Below the pieces are notes generated by a model. It had not been told where the DNA came from. It saw only the letters and a list, made by a program, of their open reading frames with translations, and made no database searches. DNA of 64,000 nt, taken from Geosiphon pyriformis uo1 (Eukaryota; Fungi; Glomeromycota). The position numbers and the translations under genes were made by a program. The stretch is taken from NCBI GenBank assembly GCA_016748015.1, contig JAAOMT010000009.1, forward strand, positions 886,459 to 950,458, read 5' to 3'. Below, piece by piece: positions 11,601-24,821 of the stretch. Positions within the stretch are counted from its first letter, which is position 1, and every line of letters begins with the position of its first letter.

Positions 11601-13216
11601 ATAATTATAATTAAAACAAAAATAAAAAGACTGTAATTCTTTTATTTTTTTAATAAAGCACTTTTTTTGTTAATTAAAATTATAATATGTATTTATATTA
11701 GTTAAATACTAAATAAAATAAATTAATTAATTAACAAAATAAATAATATTTATATGATTTTTGTTTTTTTAAAAGTTTTAAAATATTTAATAAAATGTTA
11801 ATAATTAAGTTATTTTTTTTTCTTTTTTTTTTTACTGCTATTCAAATAATCAAGAATTAATTTTTTTATATATTTTTATTATATTTAATATCAATTTTTT
11901 TAAAATATTAAAAAATTTTTTTTTAGTATTTCTAATAATTTTAATGTTCTAAAATCTGTTTCTTTTGTAAAACTTAAAACTTTAGTTTTTCTGTTTTTTT
12001 TGGCTTTTTTGTCAATTTTGTATTATTAATACTAATTATAATATTTAACTTTATTATAGCTATAAATAAAAAAAGTTTTTTGTTCAAAACAATAACAATA
12101 AAAATACATTATCTAATTTTAATTTGAATTAGTTTTTAGCTGTATTTTTTAATATATTAATTTTTAATTAATTTTTACTAGTCTTAAAAACAAAACAAAA
12201 CATATTTTTATGTATGTTTTTATTTAATTATATTATTAAATTATCTGATTTTAAAAATTAGGTTAATTAAATAAATAAAACAATTATTAATTGTTAAAAA
12301 TTTGTTAAATAAGTAATCTTTACTTTAATGTTTGGGTGTATTTTTAAGATTAAATTGGCTTTTGTTAAAATTATATTTTAATTTATACATAATTTTATAA
12401 ATATTAAATTTGTAATTAAAAACAATATAAAACTTTTTTGTGTAAAATTTGCTTTTTAAGCTTTTTTAAATATTATATTTTAAGTTAAACTTATTGGTTT
12501 TATTTTTTTTTATTTTTAAAATAGCTAAATTTATAATAATTTTTGAGTTTTTTTCTTTTGCTACTTTATAATATGTTTTTAAGTATGTTTATAATTAATA
12601 TTAAGACAGTTTTTAATGTTTATAATAAAATTTTCAAAATTATATTAAAGTTTGTTAGTATTTAACAATATATTATTATTTATTTTAAGTTTTTTAATGT
12701 AGTTACAATGGTTTTAATATGTTAAATAATTTTAATAAACAAAGATAATATTAAAATTTTTCTATTTATAAATTAAAAAAAATTATCTTTTTTTATAATA
12801 TGTTTAAGATCAAGTTGATTAATATTTTTTGGCTATATAGTTTTTAAAATTAGCAAACTGGTTTTTTTAGATTGGTAGTTATATTTGTTTTATTTTTTAT
12901 TTTTCTAATTTTATTAAGTGGCTTTAATATATAATTGGTATTTTTGATTCTAAAAATAATCTGAATATTGTTATTAAAATTAATATTTAAAAAAGTATTA
13001 TATTTAATATAAAATACTTAAAAATTAACAATATTTTAAATATTAAGATTTTAATTATTTAGTTTTAAATTATAAAGTATTATTACTTTTTTAAAATTTT
13101 TAAATTATATTTTATGTTATAATTTTTGTTTTTTTAAATTTTTTTGTTATTAATTTTTGGCTGTTGTTATTATTATTAATTTTTTAATTGGTTTTCATTT
13201 GGTTTTTTTAAAATTT
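11601..13216 (+). mobile_element. Relic R1 part 1: hypermutated copy of the ORF1-only element
   Basis: ATAATTATAATTAAAACAAAAATAAAAAGACTGTA corresponds to ATGACCACGACCAGAGCTAAGAGTAAAAAGGCTGTA (start at 34093), mostly through C>T/G>A changes. 12301-12460 reads IFKIKLAFVKIIF*FIHNF..NNIKLFCVKFAF versus IFKTKLAHIKTVFQSVHGF..DNVKLFCVEFAS. Confidence 0.85.
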
Positions 13217-14496
13217 TTTTATTATTTAATGAGTAAAATCCAAATATTGCTTAGAACTATACATCAAAAAATAATCTAAACTAGGTGTGAATCATGTATT
13301 TTTTACACATGACCAGCCACTCAAGCTGATTAAAACAACACTATGTAGCTATATGAATCAAAACTGAGTCACTGACATCTGAAAAAAATAAGCAAAACTT
13401 ATAAAAGCCAAAACAAACACCAAATGTTTCAGCAATTCCAAGCAATCTGATCACACCAGCCAAGAACTTAGAAGCCAAACCAAAGACTAAGACAAAAACC
13501 AAGCCATTAAGCAAAATTAGGCTATTTTTTTTTATATAGACATGATGTTTAACACAAACCAACCAGATATCATCACTAAAAGCAAGACAGAAAAAATGTG
13601 CAAACTCCACAATTTTCAAACCAGCAATCTTGGAATTCTAAAAAACAGAGATAGCTTTTTAAAACCAATCATCAAAAACAAAACCTTTACAAAGAACCAT
13701 GAATATAAAGCCACCAAAAACACAGAATAACAACAGTTATATTATACATGAAAAAGAAAAAAAAAGACCAGAAATCACCTTTTAAGAAGCCACATAGACA
13801 TCTAATATTTAACAATAAGCAAAAACATCAATATTACAAGAGAAAACATGATTTAATATCTCCACACTATCACAATATAAACACAACACACTAGAGTAGT
13901 GTCTGTTATAAAGGCATTTCCAAACAATAACAGGCAGCTGATAATATAAAGCTTTCATGAAATAAGTGCATGCATTAGCTAAAGGCTTGCTAATAAAACT
14001 GGTGGTCATGTGTAAATTAGGTTGCCACACCTATAAGAAGCTAATCCAATCAATGTCCAAAAGCAAACTATTAACCAAAACCTAGAGCCAGAACCAACCT
14101 TCTAATATACTTGACAAATGGAAAAAAAACATCACAGATGAAGTGCTTAAAGTTGCCAAAAACAATACTACTATTAGCTACTATAAAGCATTTTCTTAAA
14201 TGTGAAGAGAAACACTAATCAGAGAGAGAAGCAGCATCAGCAATTACATCAGCATGCTTATTCTTAATAACACCAGAATAATTTCTTACCTTGTGCCAGT
14301 CAACCTTCAAATTCTTATCACAAATAACATTCACAATATGTTGATGCTTAATCCAGCACTAATTATGAAAATTAGAACAAACCAAACTCAATTTCGACTT
14401 ATAAGCATCCAAAGCAGATTGACTATTTGAAAATATGTGAACAAAGCTAGACAAAAAAATACACTCTAATGCCAATACAATAGTCTGTATCTCTGC
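13217..14496 (-). mobile_element. LINE A': 5'-truncated LINE (3' part of RNase H, C-terminal CCHC, 3' UTR) with ~11-bp TSD
   Basis: CLYCDSVEILNHVFSC; 3' UTR nearly identical to that of LINE C; flanked by TTTTAAAATTT at 13206-13216 and 14497-14507. Confidence 0.88.
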
Positions 14497-14775
14497 TTTT
14501 AAAATTTAAATTAAATACTTTGGTTTTAATAATTAAATTTATTATTAAATTAATTAGTGTTTTAGTTATTTTAATTATTACTTTAATAAATATTTTTTCT
14601 GTTTTACATAAAAAAATTAAAGATATAATTATTGTAATTTAAAGTAAAAAATTTGTTTTTAATAAAGTTTTAAATAAAGTTAACATAAAAATAATTAATA
14701 TTAAAATTAAAATTAATTATATAAAAAATTTTAATAATATTAATAATAAAAATACTTATATTTATTTTTTTATAA
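14497..14775 (+). mobile_element. Relic R1 part 2 (coiled-coil region of the ORF1-only element)
   Basis: Reads KFKLNTLVLIIKFIIKLISVLVILI versus KKQISDLAALVKSIVEPVSSLVALV; continues the frame from 13190-13216. Confidence 0.75.
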
Positions 14776-14896
14776 CTGTTTAATGAGTGAAGTCCAACTG
14801 CTATCTAGTACATAGAGCCAGACTAAGTGGCTCAAACTAAATGTGACTTACACACTTTCTACATATGGCTAACCACTCAGGCCAGACAAGGCAACA

Positions 14897-15907
14897 CTAT
14901 GCACTAACATAAACACAAGGACTATTATCCAAACCTGAAAAAAAAAGACAAGACCTGTAACAGCTGAAACCAATAGCAAAAGACTCAGCAATGCCAAGCA
15001 ACCTAACCACACTGTCAAAAAGCACAAAAGACATATCAGGTGATAGACCTGACACCAAACTATCATTACTGACCAAGCCAGCTTTAGATCTAACTAGCCA
15101 CACCCTAGAACAATGGAACTCAACCAAGAACCTTACAAAATCAACAACTACACAGGAAGTTTTCTTAATATCATTGAAAACACCAGCTGCTTCAGCACAC
15201 CAATTTTTCATCACAAATCTCTTACACAAAACCGAATATCTGCCAACATTCAAAAGGCAAGAATTAAGAACCTGAAGAACAAAAGAAGAAGACAAGTCGC
15301 AAATGCCAACCAGAAAAACCCAACGTGCAAAAGCCTTCAATAAAATCTCCTTATGAGTGTGAACATCTTGTGAACAAGAAAAAACATGGTTGGGCAACTC
15401 CACCTCTCTACACAACAAGCATTGAACACCCAGATAACATCTATTATACAATCTTTTCCTGACTGCTACCAGCAATTTTCTATGCAAAGCCTTCATCAAA
15501 TACGTATGAAGATCCGCCAATTTTTGGCTGGTAAACTCAGCAAGTATGTGTGAGTCAGGATGCCAGACCCTCACAGAAGCAACCCAATCAAAATCTCCCA
15601 ACATGTCAACAGAAACCACATCACAGCCTGGACCAGCTTCCCAATGAGCACGACAAATGGACCTAAACAAATCTCTGACAAAGTGACGAGCATTGTCTGA
15701 GACCACAGTGTCTTCAGCCACCAAAAACATTCATGGACTTTCACCGGTAAAACATAGGAAGAGCCAGCAGTCTCATCCACAAATCTGTCAACTTTTACAT
15801 TACCAGGAACACTAGCATGGCTCCTGACCTTGGCCCAACTCACACTAAGATTCTTATTCCTAATTAAATTAAAAACATGCCTATGTTCAACTCAACAGCA
15901 GTTGTGG
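14897..15907 (-). pseudogene. LINE B ORF2 C-terminal part (end of RNase H, CCHC zinc finger)
   Basis: SWAKVRSHASVPGNVKVD (RNase H end); CLLCREVELPNHVFSC; joins ...EVPDFH at 25782. Confidence 0.9.
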
Positions 15908-16899
15908 TGTTACCAGACAAAATTAGAGATATTATTTAGCATGAAATTATCTTTATAATTCCTATCATTAATTAACATATATTATCATTTCAAATTATTA
16001 CTTAGTATATTAGCAAAATGTTCGAAATTATCATTTAATTAATAACCCAATTTGTATATGACACAAATGTAACCTAATTGTGATGATCAATCATGTAATA
16101 CCCCGAACTATATAACATTCAAAAAGTTTGCTGAAATTTGTAGAAATTTGCCGAAATAATTGATAGTTCACCGAAATATCCAATAGTTCGCAGAAATAAC
16201 TTGTAATTTGTCGAAATGTATCTTTAATTCAGCAAAATTATAGAAAAGAGCAAAGTTCAAGTTCATAGAATAGTGTTACAACAAGTTGTATAAAAGAAGA
16301 GCTTCTCTTTTCGAGGAAATGTATTTTACTTTAGATTTATCACTTAGAACCATTTTCTATATACACAAAAAAAAATAAATATCAAATAATTTGAAAAACC
16401 AAATTCTTTAAATTATTGCACTTGGAAAATTTTCAAAACCCAACTAACATTTTGAAATTGATTAGCTACCAATTTCAGTAAACTGTTAGTAACTACAGGC
16501 CTGAATAGAAAACATTTCCCTTGATAAAAATCTTATTTCTTTTACATTTCTTTTATTTTTCTTTTTTTTCTTTTTTTATTATAATCATTAGGGTAGCCTA
16601 CAGATGAGATTCCTGTAGAAGAGTTGACTTTCACAGCAAAGTAACTATATATATTTTTAGTGAGCTTCCAGATGAGCAATTTTTGGGAAAGAGTTGACAT
16701 TTGCTACAATATAACTATATAAAGTAACTGGCAAAGAATTGGCCATTCCACTTATAAGCCCAGCAGTTCAAATTATAGGAGATAATTTGAAGATAAAAAT
16801 TCAGTTACTGGAGGTTCAACTACTTTCTGGAAACGTGAATTCACAACAAAATTAACATTAACAACATTCAAGAAAAGAGACCAAAAACCTCCGGTAACA
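15908..16899 (+). repeat. 5' LTR of Gypsy-2
   Basis: Direct repeat of 24790-25781 with the same length. Confidence 0.96.
16120..16295 (+). promoter_or_regulatory. Putative U3 promoter: about 6 TTCGCCGAAA-like motifs at 20-21-bp spacing, then TATAAAA (16289-16295)
   Basis: Motifs at ~16126, 16147, 16167, 16187, 16208 and 16228; AATAAA at 16374-16379; mirrored in the 3' LTR. Confidence 0.55.
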
Positions 16900-16901
16900 T
16901 T

Positions 16902-16918
16902 TGGTGCTCTCTCATGAA
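16902..16918 (+). other. Primer-binding site of Gypsy-2
   Basis: TGGTGCTCTCTCATGA, 2 nt after the LTR; same TGGTGCT start as in Gypsy-1. Confidence 0.78.
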
Positions 16919-16944
16919 AATAACACAGCAACAACAAATTCAAA

Positions 16945-19900
16945 GTGGTGACTGTCTCAGACATCACAACCTTAGAGTACTATCAATTGATTTATACACA
17001 CTGCAAACAACAATTTAAAATACATGACGGAATCATAGCTTTCAAGAAAACACTTTTTCAATACATTGAAAATCGAATCAATGACTACCTCTTTGGAAAC
17101 TATAATATTACAACAGTTAAAAGAGATCTTCTTGAGAACATACTACACTATTCCAACACTGAATCAAAAAACATTAGTGCTGAAGCTTGCACTACTTATT
17201 TTGAGGAACTTGATTATAATATCATTTGATTTTGTGAAGAAAAATATCCTGCAAACGCACAATTTGTCTTTGAACTCGAATCTGAATCTGAAACCAGTAG
17301 CAACAAAAGACAAAAAGATAACCGACCTGTTCACACAACACCCAATACTCTCAAAATATCATTCAAACATTTACAAACACCTGAACAAGGAACTAGTTCA
17401 AAACTTCCACTTACTATTACACCTTTTCCAGCTTCACTTGCACAAGCACAAATGCTTAATTCACCCTTGAATCAATTTGCAAAACCAGAAGATTTTACAT
17501 CACTCAGAAATCCCATCAGACAACAAGAACCCCTTCAAACTAGTTCCAATCTCTTTGACTTTCTAGCTGAAAATCAAAGTGAACACTCTGAGACAGCAGC
17601 AAACAAAGAAAACAAACCAGAAATATCTGAAGAAGAATCAATAGACAGTGAAAATGAAGAAAATGAAATGACAACATACATCACAAAAATCCCTGAATTT
17701 AATGGAGAAGACATTGAGACCAGTTCCCAAAAATGGCTCGACCAAGTTACTAAAGCGGGAGATGCAAATAGATGGAATGCTGCCAGAATGTTAAGAACAA
17801 TTCCCTACTTTCTCAAAGGAACAGCAGGAGAATGGTTTGAAAACTTGGCTGTTCCATTTAATGATTGGAATGCTTTCAAAGCAGCCTTCCTTGAACAGTT
17901 CACCAACAATAATACCTCCATTACCCTTCGCAATCATTTTCGAAATATCAAACAAGAACCCTCCGAATCTGTTATGACTTATATTGGAAAATTCAACAAA
18001 CTTCTTAGACAAATTCGCCAACTTGAAACAAACAATTATTATTCCAATGCTCAAATCTTAGATCAATTTATTGCTGGTCTAAAAGATAAACTAATTAAAA
18101 AAGTTTGTCCACATGCACCAGAAGATTTAAACTCTGCCATACAGCATGCAAAAAGATATGAAATGGCTATGGAAGAAGCCAACCACACAAAACTTGTAAA
18201 TTTGGCAATTGGAGAAACCAGCTTAGCAGCCAAGAAAAAAATTGACCAACTCACAAAGAAAGTCAAAAACTATTTCACCAATCAACAACAACAGCAACCC
18301 CAAAGATATCAACCACCCTAAAGATGAAATCAAAATAACTTTGCACCACTTTCCAATAACCAGCCTCAGAATTGCCATTACTGTGGAATCTCTGGCCACT
18401 GGAAAAGAGATTGTAGAAAGCTACAATGAGACCAACAAAATAGGAGTAATCAACATTACCCTCCACCACAGCAATCTTATTATCAACCACCACCACCAGC
18501 TTACTATCCACCAAGACCTCAATACCAAAATAACTATTATCAGCCAGCCCCACAGCCAATCCAACAGCAATACCAACAACCACTCACACAACATTATCAA
18601 GTACCTGCTCAAAGACTGATTACACAAAATCAATTCACACCACAAAACCGATACCAAGTAAACAACAATAGAATCAGTTCAAACAACTAATTGTTTCCCC
18701 AAAATACCACTCAACCAAGACCCAACCACTACCATACTCAATTCAGTTATTTAACAATGCTGGAAGAACAGGATTTTTACCATACTGCACTTTCGGAAGG
18801 TAGAGCTGCAGCACAACAACAACAAAACCTTTCCTATACTCCCACCACAATTCCACCAGCCAGAATCGCTGAAAACACTAATCTTTCAGATATATTTCCT
18901 TTTGAGTTCGAAGCAAATGAGTCACCATTTCTGCTTAGTAATGCAGCCGCCAATGAACAAAAAGCAATCATGGCCATGTACACTGAAGCCGAAGTCGAAG
19001 GAAAAACAATTCGCTTGATCCTAGACAGTGGATCCGCCGGAAGCATTATCCCCTACCAGTTAATGCAACAGTTAAAAAAAAATGTCGACTGACCAGCTCA
19101 AACAGTAATTGTCACTGCTGATGGCATGAAAAAGACCCCAGTAGGAAAAATTGACAATTTTTTGTTCACTCTTGATGGAATTACCATTCTAGTCAAAGTT
19201 CTTGTAATAGACACACCCCAATACCAAGCTCTCGTCGGAAATAATTGGCTTCAAAAAGCCAATGCTAATTTGAATTGGGAAACACAAGAGTTAACAATCT
19301 TCTATCAAGGACAACATGTCTGAGTACCTGCCATTTGTGATACATTCAACAAACGCTCTAAAAAAGCCCTGGCTTTTGAATTCAAACCGGAAGAGAAAAA
19401 ACCCCTCATTGAAACATTTATGGCTCTGGGATCAACGTCCAACTGGGCTGATGAAACAGAACAAGAACATTTTACTCCACACACTAAACCCAAAACCTCT
19501 GGATAGAATATCCCTTACTCAAAACTCAAACCAAGGAAACAATGCCCCTATATTCCCCTTAAATGTAAGAACTGCCACAAGAAACTATCATCAATGGGAG
19601 CCTGTATTTCACCTGAAGAAGAATATGAGAATTATACTTGTTATTACTGCAAGGCTTGCCACAGAAAATGATGGGGCCATCTAATAAAAAGGAGCAGAAA
19701 ATAGGATAACACCCCTTGTTTGATTTGTGGAGATATGCTACCAGAAGAATGCAATTGGGATTGATGTAGCCATGAGAGGTGGAGTCTGCAATCAGACCTG
19801 CCAATATGCTTTATCAATTTCAGAAAAAGTAAAAAGAGGAACACCCTTTAATGCAGCATACAATAGTGCTCTCAACAAACTTTATCACTACCCCCATGAT

Positions 19901-22558
19901 GCCGAGATGATTTTCGATCTAGCAATGGCATTAATTAATAAAGCTACCAAAGAAGATGTTTGTCAAATGAAGGAAGCAGAATATATTGAATACACTATGG
20001 AATTAGCTGGATTTAATTACGAAGATGAAGTAGAAGTCTACTACCAAATTGCAAGTCACACCTACCCAATCCAAGAAGCTTAAATTTAATGATTAGAGCA
20101 AATGAACATTAGGCTATGTGAAGAATGCATTATGCCTTGTGATGAACAGTGGTGTTCTGAATGCTATGCTCTTAGTATCCCCTTGCCCAGTGAAAATGAT
20201 AAGAACAAAATTGAATTTGGAGAACCTGAAGCAATAGAAGAAAGTAAAACAACACCTATCTACCTTATTGAAAATCAGCCTGCCTTACAACTTAAATACT
20301 TCAACAACAATGGACAAGGAATAAAACCCAAAAAAGCACACAAAATTGATGCTGAATATGACTTAAGATATCCAGGCAAGGATACTCTTGTTCTCAAACC
20401 CAAATTCCTCACAAAAATCAACCTAAAAATTGCACTCAAAATCCCACCAGGAGCAATAGTTCAAATTACCTCCTGGTCCTCTCTGGCAAGCAAAGGAATC
20501 AATGTCAGAGGAGGAATAATTGATGCTGGATATACTAGAGACATTACAGTGATGCTTCAAAACAAAACTGACAAACCATTCAAGATCAAACATGCTGAAA
20601 AAATTGCCCAAGCTATTTACCTACCCTTAATCAACATTTTGGGTTTGCAACTAGTCAATCAAAGAGAACAATTAGGAAAAAGCGATAGAGGAACCCAAGG
20701 TTTTGGTTCAACTGGACAATTCACAGTTCCAGTTAATATAGCTCTTAACACACAGAACAAATCTCACCAGATTCTAAGACTTCCACAACCAATTACCATC
20801 TCACCCTTTGGAGAACATCCAGAAATCTATACCTGTTCAAAGCCAACAACCACACAACAAATTTTTGAGTCCAATAAACAAGTCTGCTTGGAACATAATA
20901 TTTCAATCCCAAACATTTATATTCCAGAAGGAACAAAGAAAGTCCGAGTTACTTTTTACAACCCCAATAATTACCCCATAATTTTATTAAATAATTTAGA
21001 AATTGGAGTTATTCACAGTAATATATTCCAACAAGAATTACCCCAAACAGTCCCCAATTTCTCTGAAATTATTGAACATTCATTACCAAAAATCAACCCA
21101 AACCCCAGCTCCGAAAACTACCATGTTGTCATGGAAAAATTATCTTGAATCAACATGGGACAACTTAAACCACAACAACAGACCCAGTTCAAAGAGCTAA
21201 TTGCAGAATTTGCCAATATCTTTACTGAAAACAACAATAACTTGGGAAGAACCAATTTGGTCTAACACCAAATTTACACAGGAGATGCCAAACCAAGAAG
21301 ACAACAAGCATATCAAGTTGCTTCAGAAAGCCACCAATTCATCCAAGAAGAAATACAACGAATGCTTAACAATGGGCTCATCCAACTCTCCATAAGTCCT
21401 TGGACTTCACCTGTAGTGCTAGTTAAAAAGAAAAATGGGAAGATCTGATTTTGTGTTGACTATCGACAACTCAACAGTGTTACAATTGGAGACGCCTACC
21501 CCCTTCCCCAGATTGATAACATGTTGGATGCTCTTGGAAAATCCAAATACTTTTCAACACTAGATTTAGAAAGCGGTTACTGGCAAGTTGCTATGGATTT
21601 CAAAGATTGCCCCAAAACAGCATTTACCATCCAAGGCGGAAATTACGAGTTCAATGTAATGCCTTTTGGATTATGCAATGTACCAGCAACATTTCAGAGA
21701 TTAATGGATGTTGTATACCAAGGACTTCTTTGAAAATCAGTAGTCGTTTATCTTGATGATACTGATGTTTATTCTCCATCGTTTGAATTACACTTAAAAC
21801 ACCTATGAGAAGTTTTTCAACAATTATGAAAAGCAGGACTAAAACTCAACATCGAAAAATGCTACTTTGGAAAAACAAGCTTGGTCTTTCTTGGGCATAT
21901 CATTAGTAAAGATAAAATCAAACTGGACCCTGGAAAAATCAGTGTTGTCAAAAACTTCAAAACTTCTCGAAACACTACAGAATTAAGAGAATTCATAGGA
22001 TTAGCATCCTACTATCGGAAGTTTATCAAAGGATTCTCAGAAATTGCAAAACTTCTCAACCAGCTCACCACCAAAAACATTGAATACAAATGGACTACTG
22101 AACACCAAAGAGCTTTTGAAATTCTTAAGGAAAAACTGACAACAGCTCCAATCCTCACCTACCCAGATTTCAGCAACCAATTTTGACTAGCTACAAATGC
22201 TTCATATACTGTCTTTGGTGCCATCTTATCACAACTAGATGACAACAGAAATGAGCGAGTAATTGCTTATGCTAGCAGAACATTAAAACCAGCTGAGAAA
22301 AACTACTCTGCCACAGAACTAGAAACAGCAGCCATAATCTGGGCCCTACACCACTTCAACCTTTATCTCAGGCCTAAAGAATTTGATATTATCACTGATA
22401 ATATTGGACTCAAATGGCTTCAGAACAAAAATACTCAGCTGAATGCAAAACAAACCCAATGGACAGGATTTCTAGCAAACTATTGATACATAGTACATCA
22501 CAAACCAGGAAAACTCCACACCAATATTGACTGTCTCTTTAGAATGAAACAAGATTAG
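16945..22558 (+). pseudogene. Gypsy-2 gag-pol polyprotein (gag/CCHC, protease, Cys-rich domain, dUTPase, RT, RNase H), disrupted
   Basis: Gag IPYFLKGTAGEWF and CHYCGISGHWKRDC; protease LILDSGSAGS; RT FSTLDLESGYWQ, VMPFGL, YLDD; RH IAYASRTL. One frame except a +1 shift at ~19759; ends at TAG 22556-22558. Confidence 0.93.
20285..20716 (+). other. dUTPase domain within Gypsy-2 pol
   Basis: Motifs AEYDL, SWSSLA, GIIDAGY, IAQ, RGTQGFGSTG. Confidence 0.92.
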
Positions 22559-22609
22559 AAAACACAAAAACTAATACTTAACTTAACCAACCAAAAGAGC
22601 CAACAAACA

Positions 22610-23995
22610 ATGAATTCGGAAAACTACAACAATCTCAAACAATATTTGGAAACATTAACAATCCCAACAGATTGGTCTCCAGATGAAAAACATCGACTAC
22701 AACAACAAACCAAACAATATTTCCTACACAACAACATTATTTATCATCAAAATTTCAAAAACCCAGACAAACCACTTAGATTAATACAAGAACAGAAAAA
22801 AGAGACTATATTATACAACATGCACTCAGATCTTTCATCAGCCTACTTCGGAAAAGACAGCACCACCCAAAGAACACTAGAATACTACTTTTGGCCTCAA
22901 ATGAGAAAAAACATTTATGAATATGTCAAATCTTGTGATAGTTGTCAAAGAAGAGAAGGAACACGTCCTACTGAACCATTAAATCCAATCCAAGTTGGAC
23001 AACTCTTTGACCGAGTTGGTATTAATTTAGTCAAACCACTATTTATTACCACTCAAGGAAACCATTATATTGCAGTAGTGGTAGACTATCTTACTAAATG
23101 GCCTGAAACCAGAGCCATTCAACAAGCAGATGCAAAATCAGTAGCAAATTTCATCTACAAAGACATCATTTGTAGACATCCATGTCCAATTGAACTTTTA
23201 TCCGATCAGGGAACACACTTTGTGAACAACCTGATACAAAAAATTTGCAAACGATTCAATGTTAAAAGACCTCTGTCTTCGCCCTACCATCCACAAACAA
23301 ACAAACTTGTAGAACGTTTTAACAGAACATTATGTGAGTCATTAGCCAAAGTCTCAACTGATTTTGAGCAAGATTGGGATATCTTTATTCCATCAGTGTT
23401 GCTAGCATATAGAACACTAAAACAAGATACCACAAAACACACACCATTTGATTTAACTTACGAAAGGACAGCAACATTACCAATTAGTTTCACAGTGGAA
23501 ACATACCCAGCACAACCAATCGATGAAAACAATTTCCAAGAAACACTTCAGTGAAGAGCCTACACTCTGCTTAGCACATTGGAAGGAAAACAACGAATAG
23601 CAGTCATCCATATTGAACACTCCCAAACTCAACAAAAAGAACGGCATAACAACAAATTGTTTCCAGTCACCAATAAATTTAAAATTGGAAACAAAGTTCT
23701 CTTACACAGAACTAAAGCGGAAAAACAATGGAGTAGAAAATTTGAAAACAAATGGGATGGACCATTCTTTATTCATGAAGTCCTAAGCAACGGATCATAC
23801 AAGCTAAGACTTGATGACAAAATCCTAGCAAAAGTTGCACATGGAGATCATTTGAAACATTATCATTCAAGAAACAATTCTGAACCATTAATTTCACAAA
23901 TTGGTACACATTCCCCTTTAGTCAATCTCAAAGATATTCCACAAAACTTAGAACCAATAGTTGTCATTGAACAACCTTCCAACCTGAACACTTAA
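22610..23995 (+). pseudogene. Gypsy-2 integrase ORF (one internal TGA at 23552-23554)
   Basis: Motifs CDSC, SDQGTHF, YHPQTN.LVERFN, WDGPF; own ATG at 22610. Confidence 0.93.
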
Positions 23996-24101
23996 TTTAA
24001 TTTACTAGTTATTCCCTTATAATTTAGAAACAATCAAAACAAAAATAACATAAAAACCCATACACCAAAAATAATTTTCTTTTATTTTCAAATCTCTTAT
24101 A

Positions 24102-24821
24102 ATGACTATTCCTCAAAACATTCAACAATTATCCCAAAAACTAATGTTAGCTTTAAAAACAATACCTGAATTATCCATTGCTGTCACTGGAAACCACATT
24201 AATTATACCCAAACAGAAGTAGTTAAAAAATTAGCCCCAAATTCACAAAAATATCACCCATATAAGAAGAACACAAGAAGTTATTCTGGAATTCACCTGC
24301 CAGAACTTTTAAAGCTTGCTTTAAAAAAAAACCTAATGCTTACTCTGATTAGTATTCCACCAAATACTACAATTCAACAAAGACTTTAACTGTGTCTCAA
24401 TGAGGAAAACACTGAATATCCTCCAATCTATAGATATTTTCACATTGAAAAAACACTCTACAAACAGAAACTGGAACTTACAACAGCAAACCTCACAAAA
24501 GAAGCTATTCAGAAACAACTCCACAATAAATTCAAGACAACAGCTGGACCAACAAACAGTCGCTACAAACTCAGAGCTGCTCTTAGACTTTATGACCTAT
24601 TCCACATCTGTGAAAATGTTCTACAAAACCCAATTTTACAACCTTTGAAGATACAATACATTGGAAAGCTTACAGAACCGAAATTTAAACAATTTTCAGA
24701 CCAAATTTCTTCAATAATTTTGGATTACTATCTGGAAATTACAGACAGTACTTGGACTTCAATGGAGCTCAGTCTTGAGGAGCAGGTTATGTTACCAGAC
24801 AAAATTAGAGATATTATTTAG
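24102..24821 (+). pseudogene. Gypsy-2 accessory ORF3 (239 codons, one internal TAA at 24387-24389), ending inside the 3' LTR
   Basis: MTIPQNIQQLSQKL...RAALRLYDLFH...IGKLTEPKFKQFSDQI...VMLPDKIRDII*; homologous to Gypsy-1 ORF3. Confidence 0.8.

Noticed and set aside
11601-13216. AT-rich tracts as mitochondrial or endosymbiont DNA insertions, or as centromeric satellite
   Set aside because: They align collinearly with the ORF1-only element in this window.
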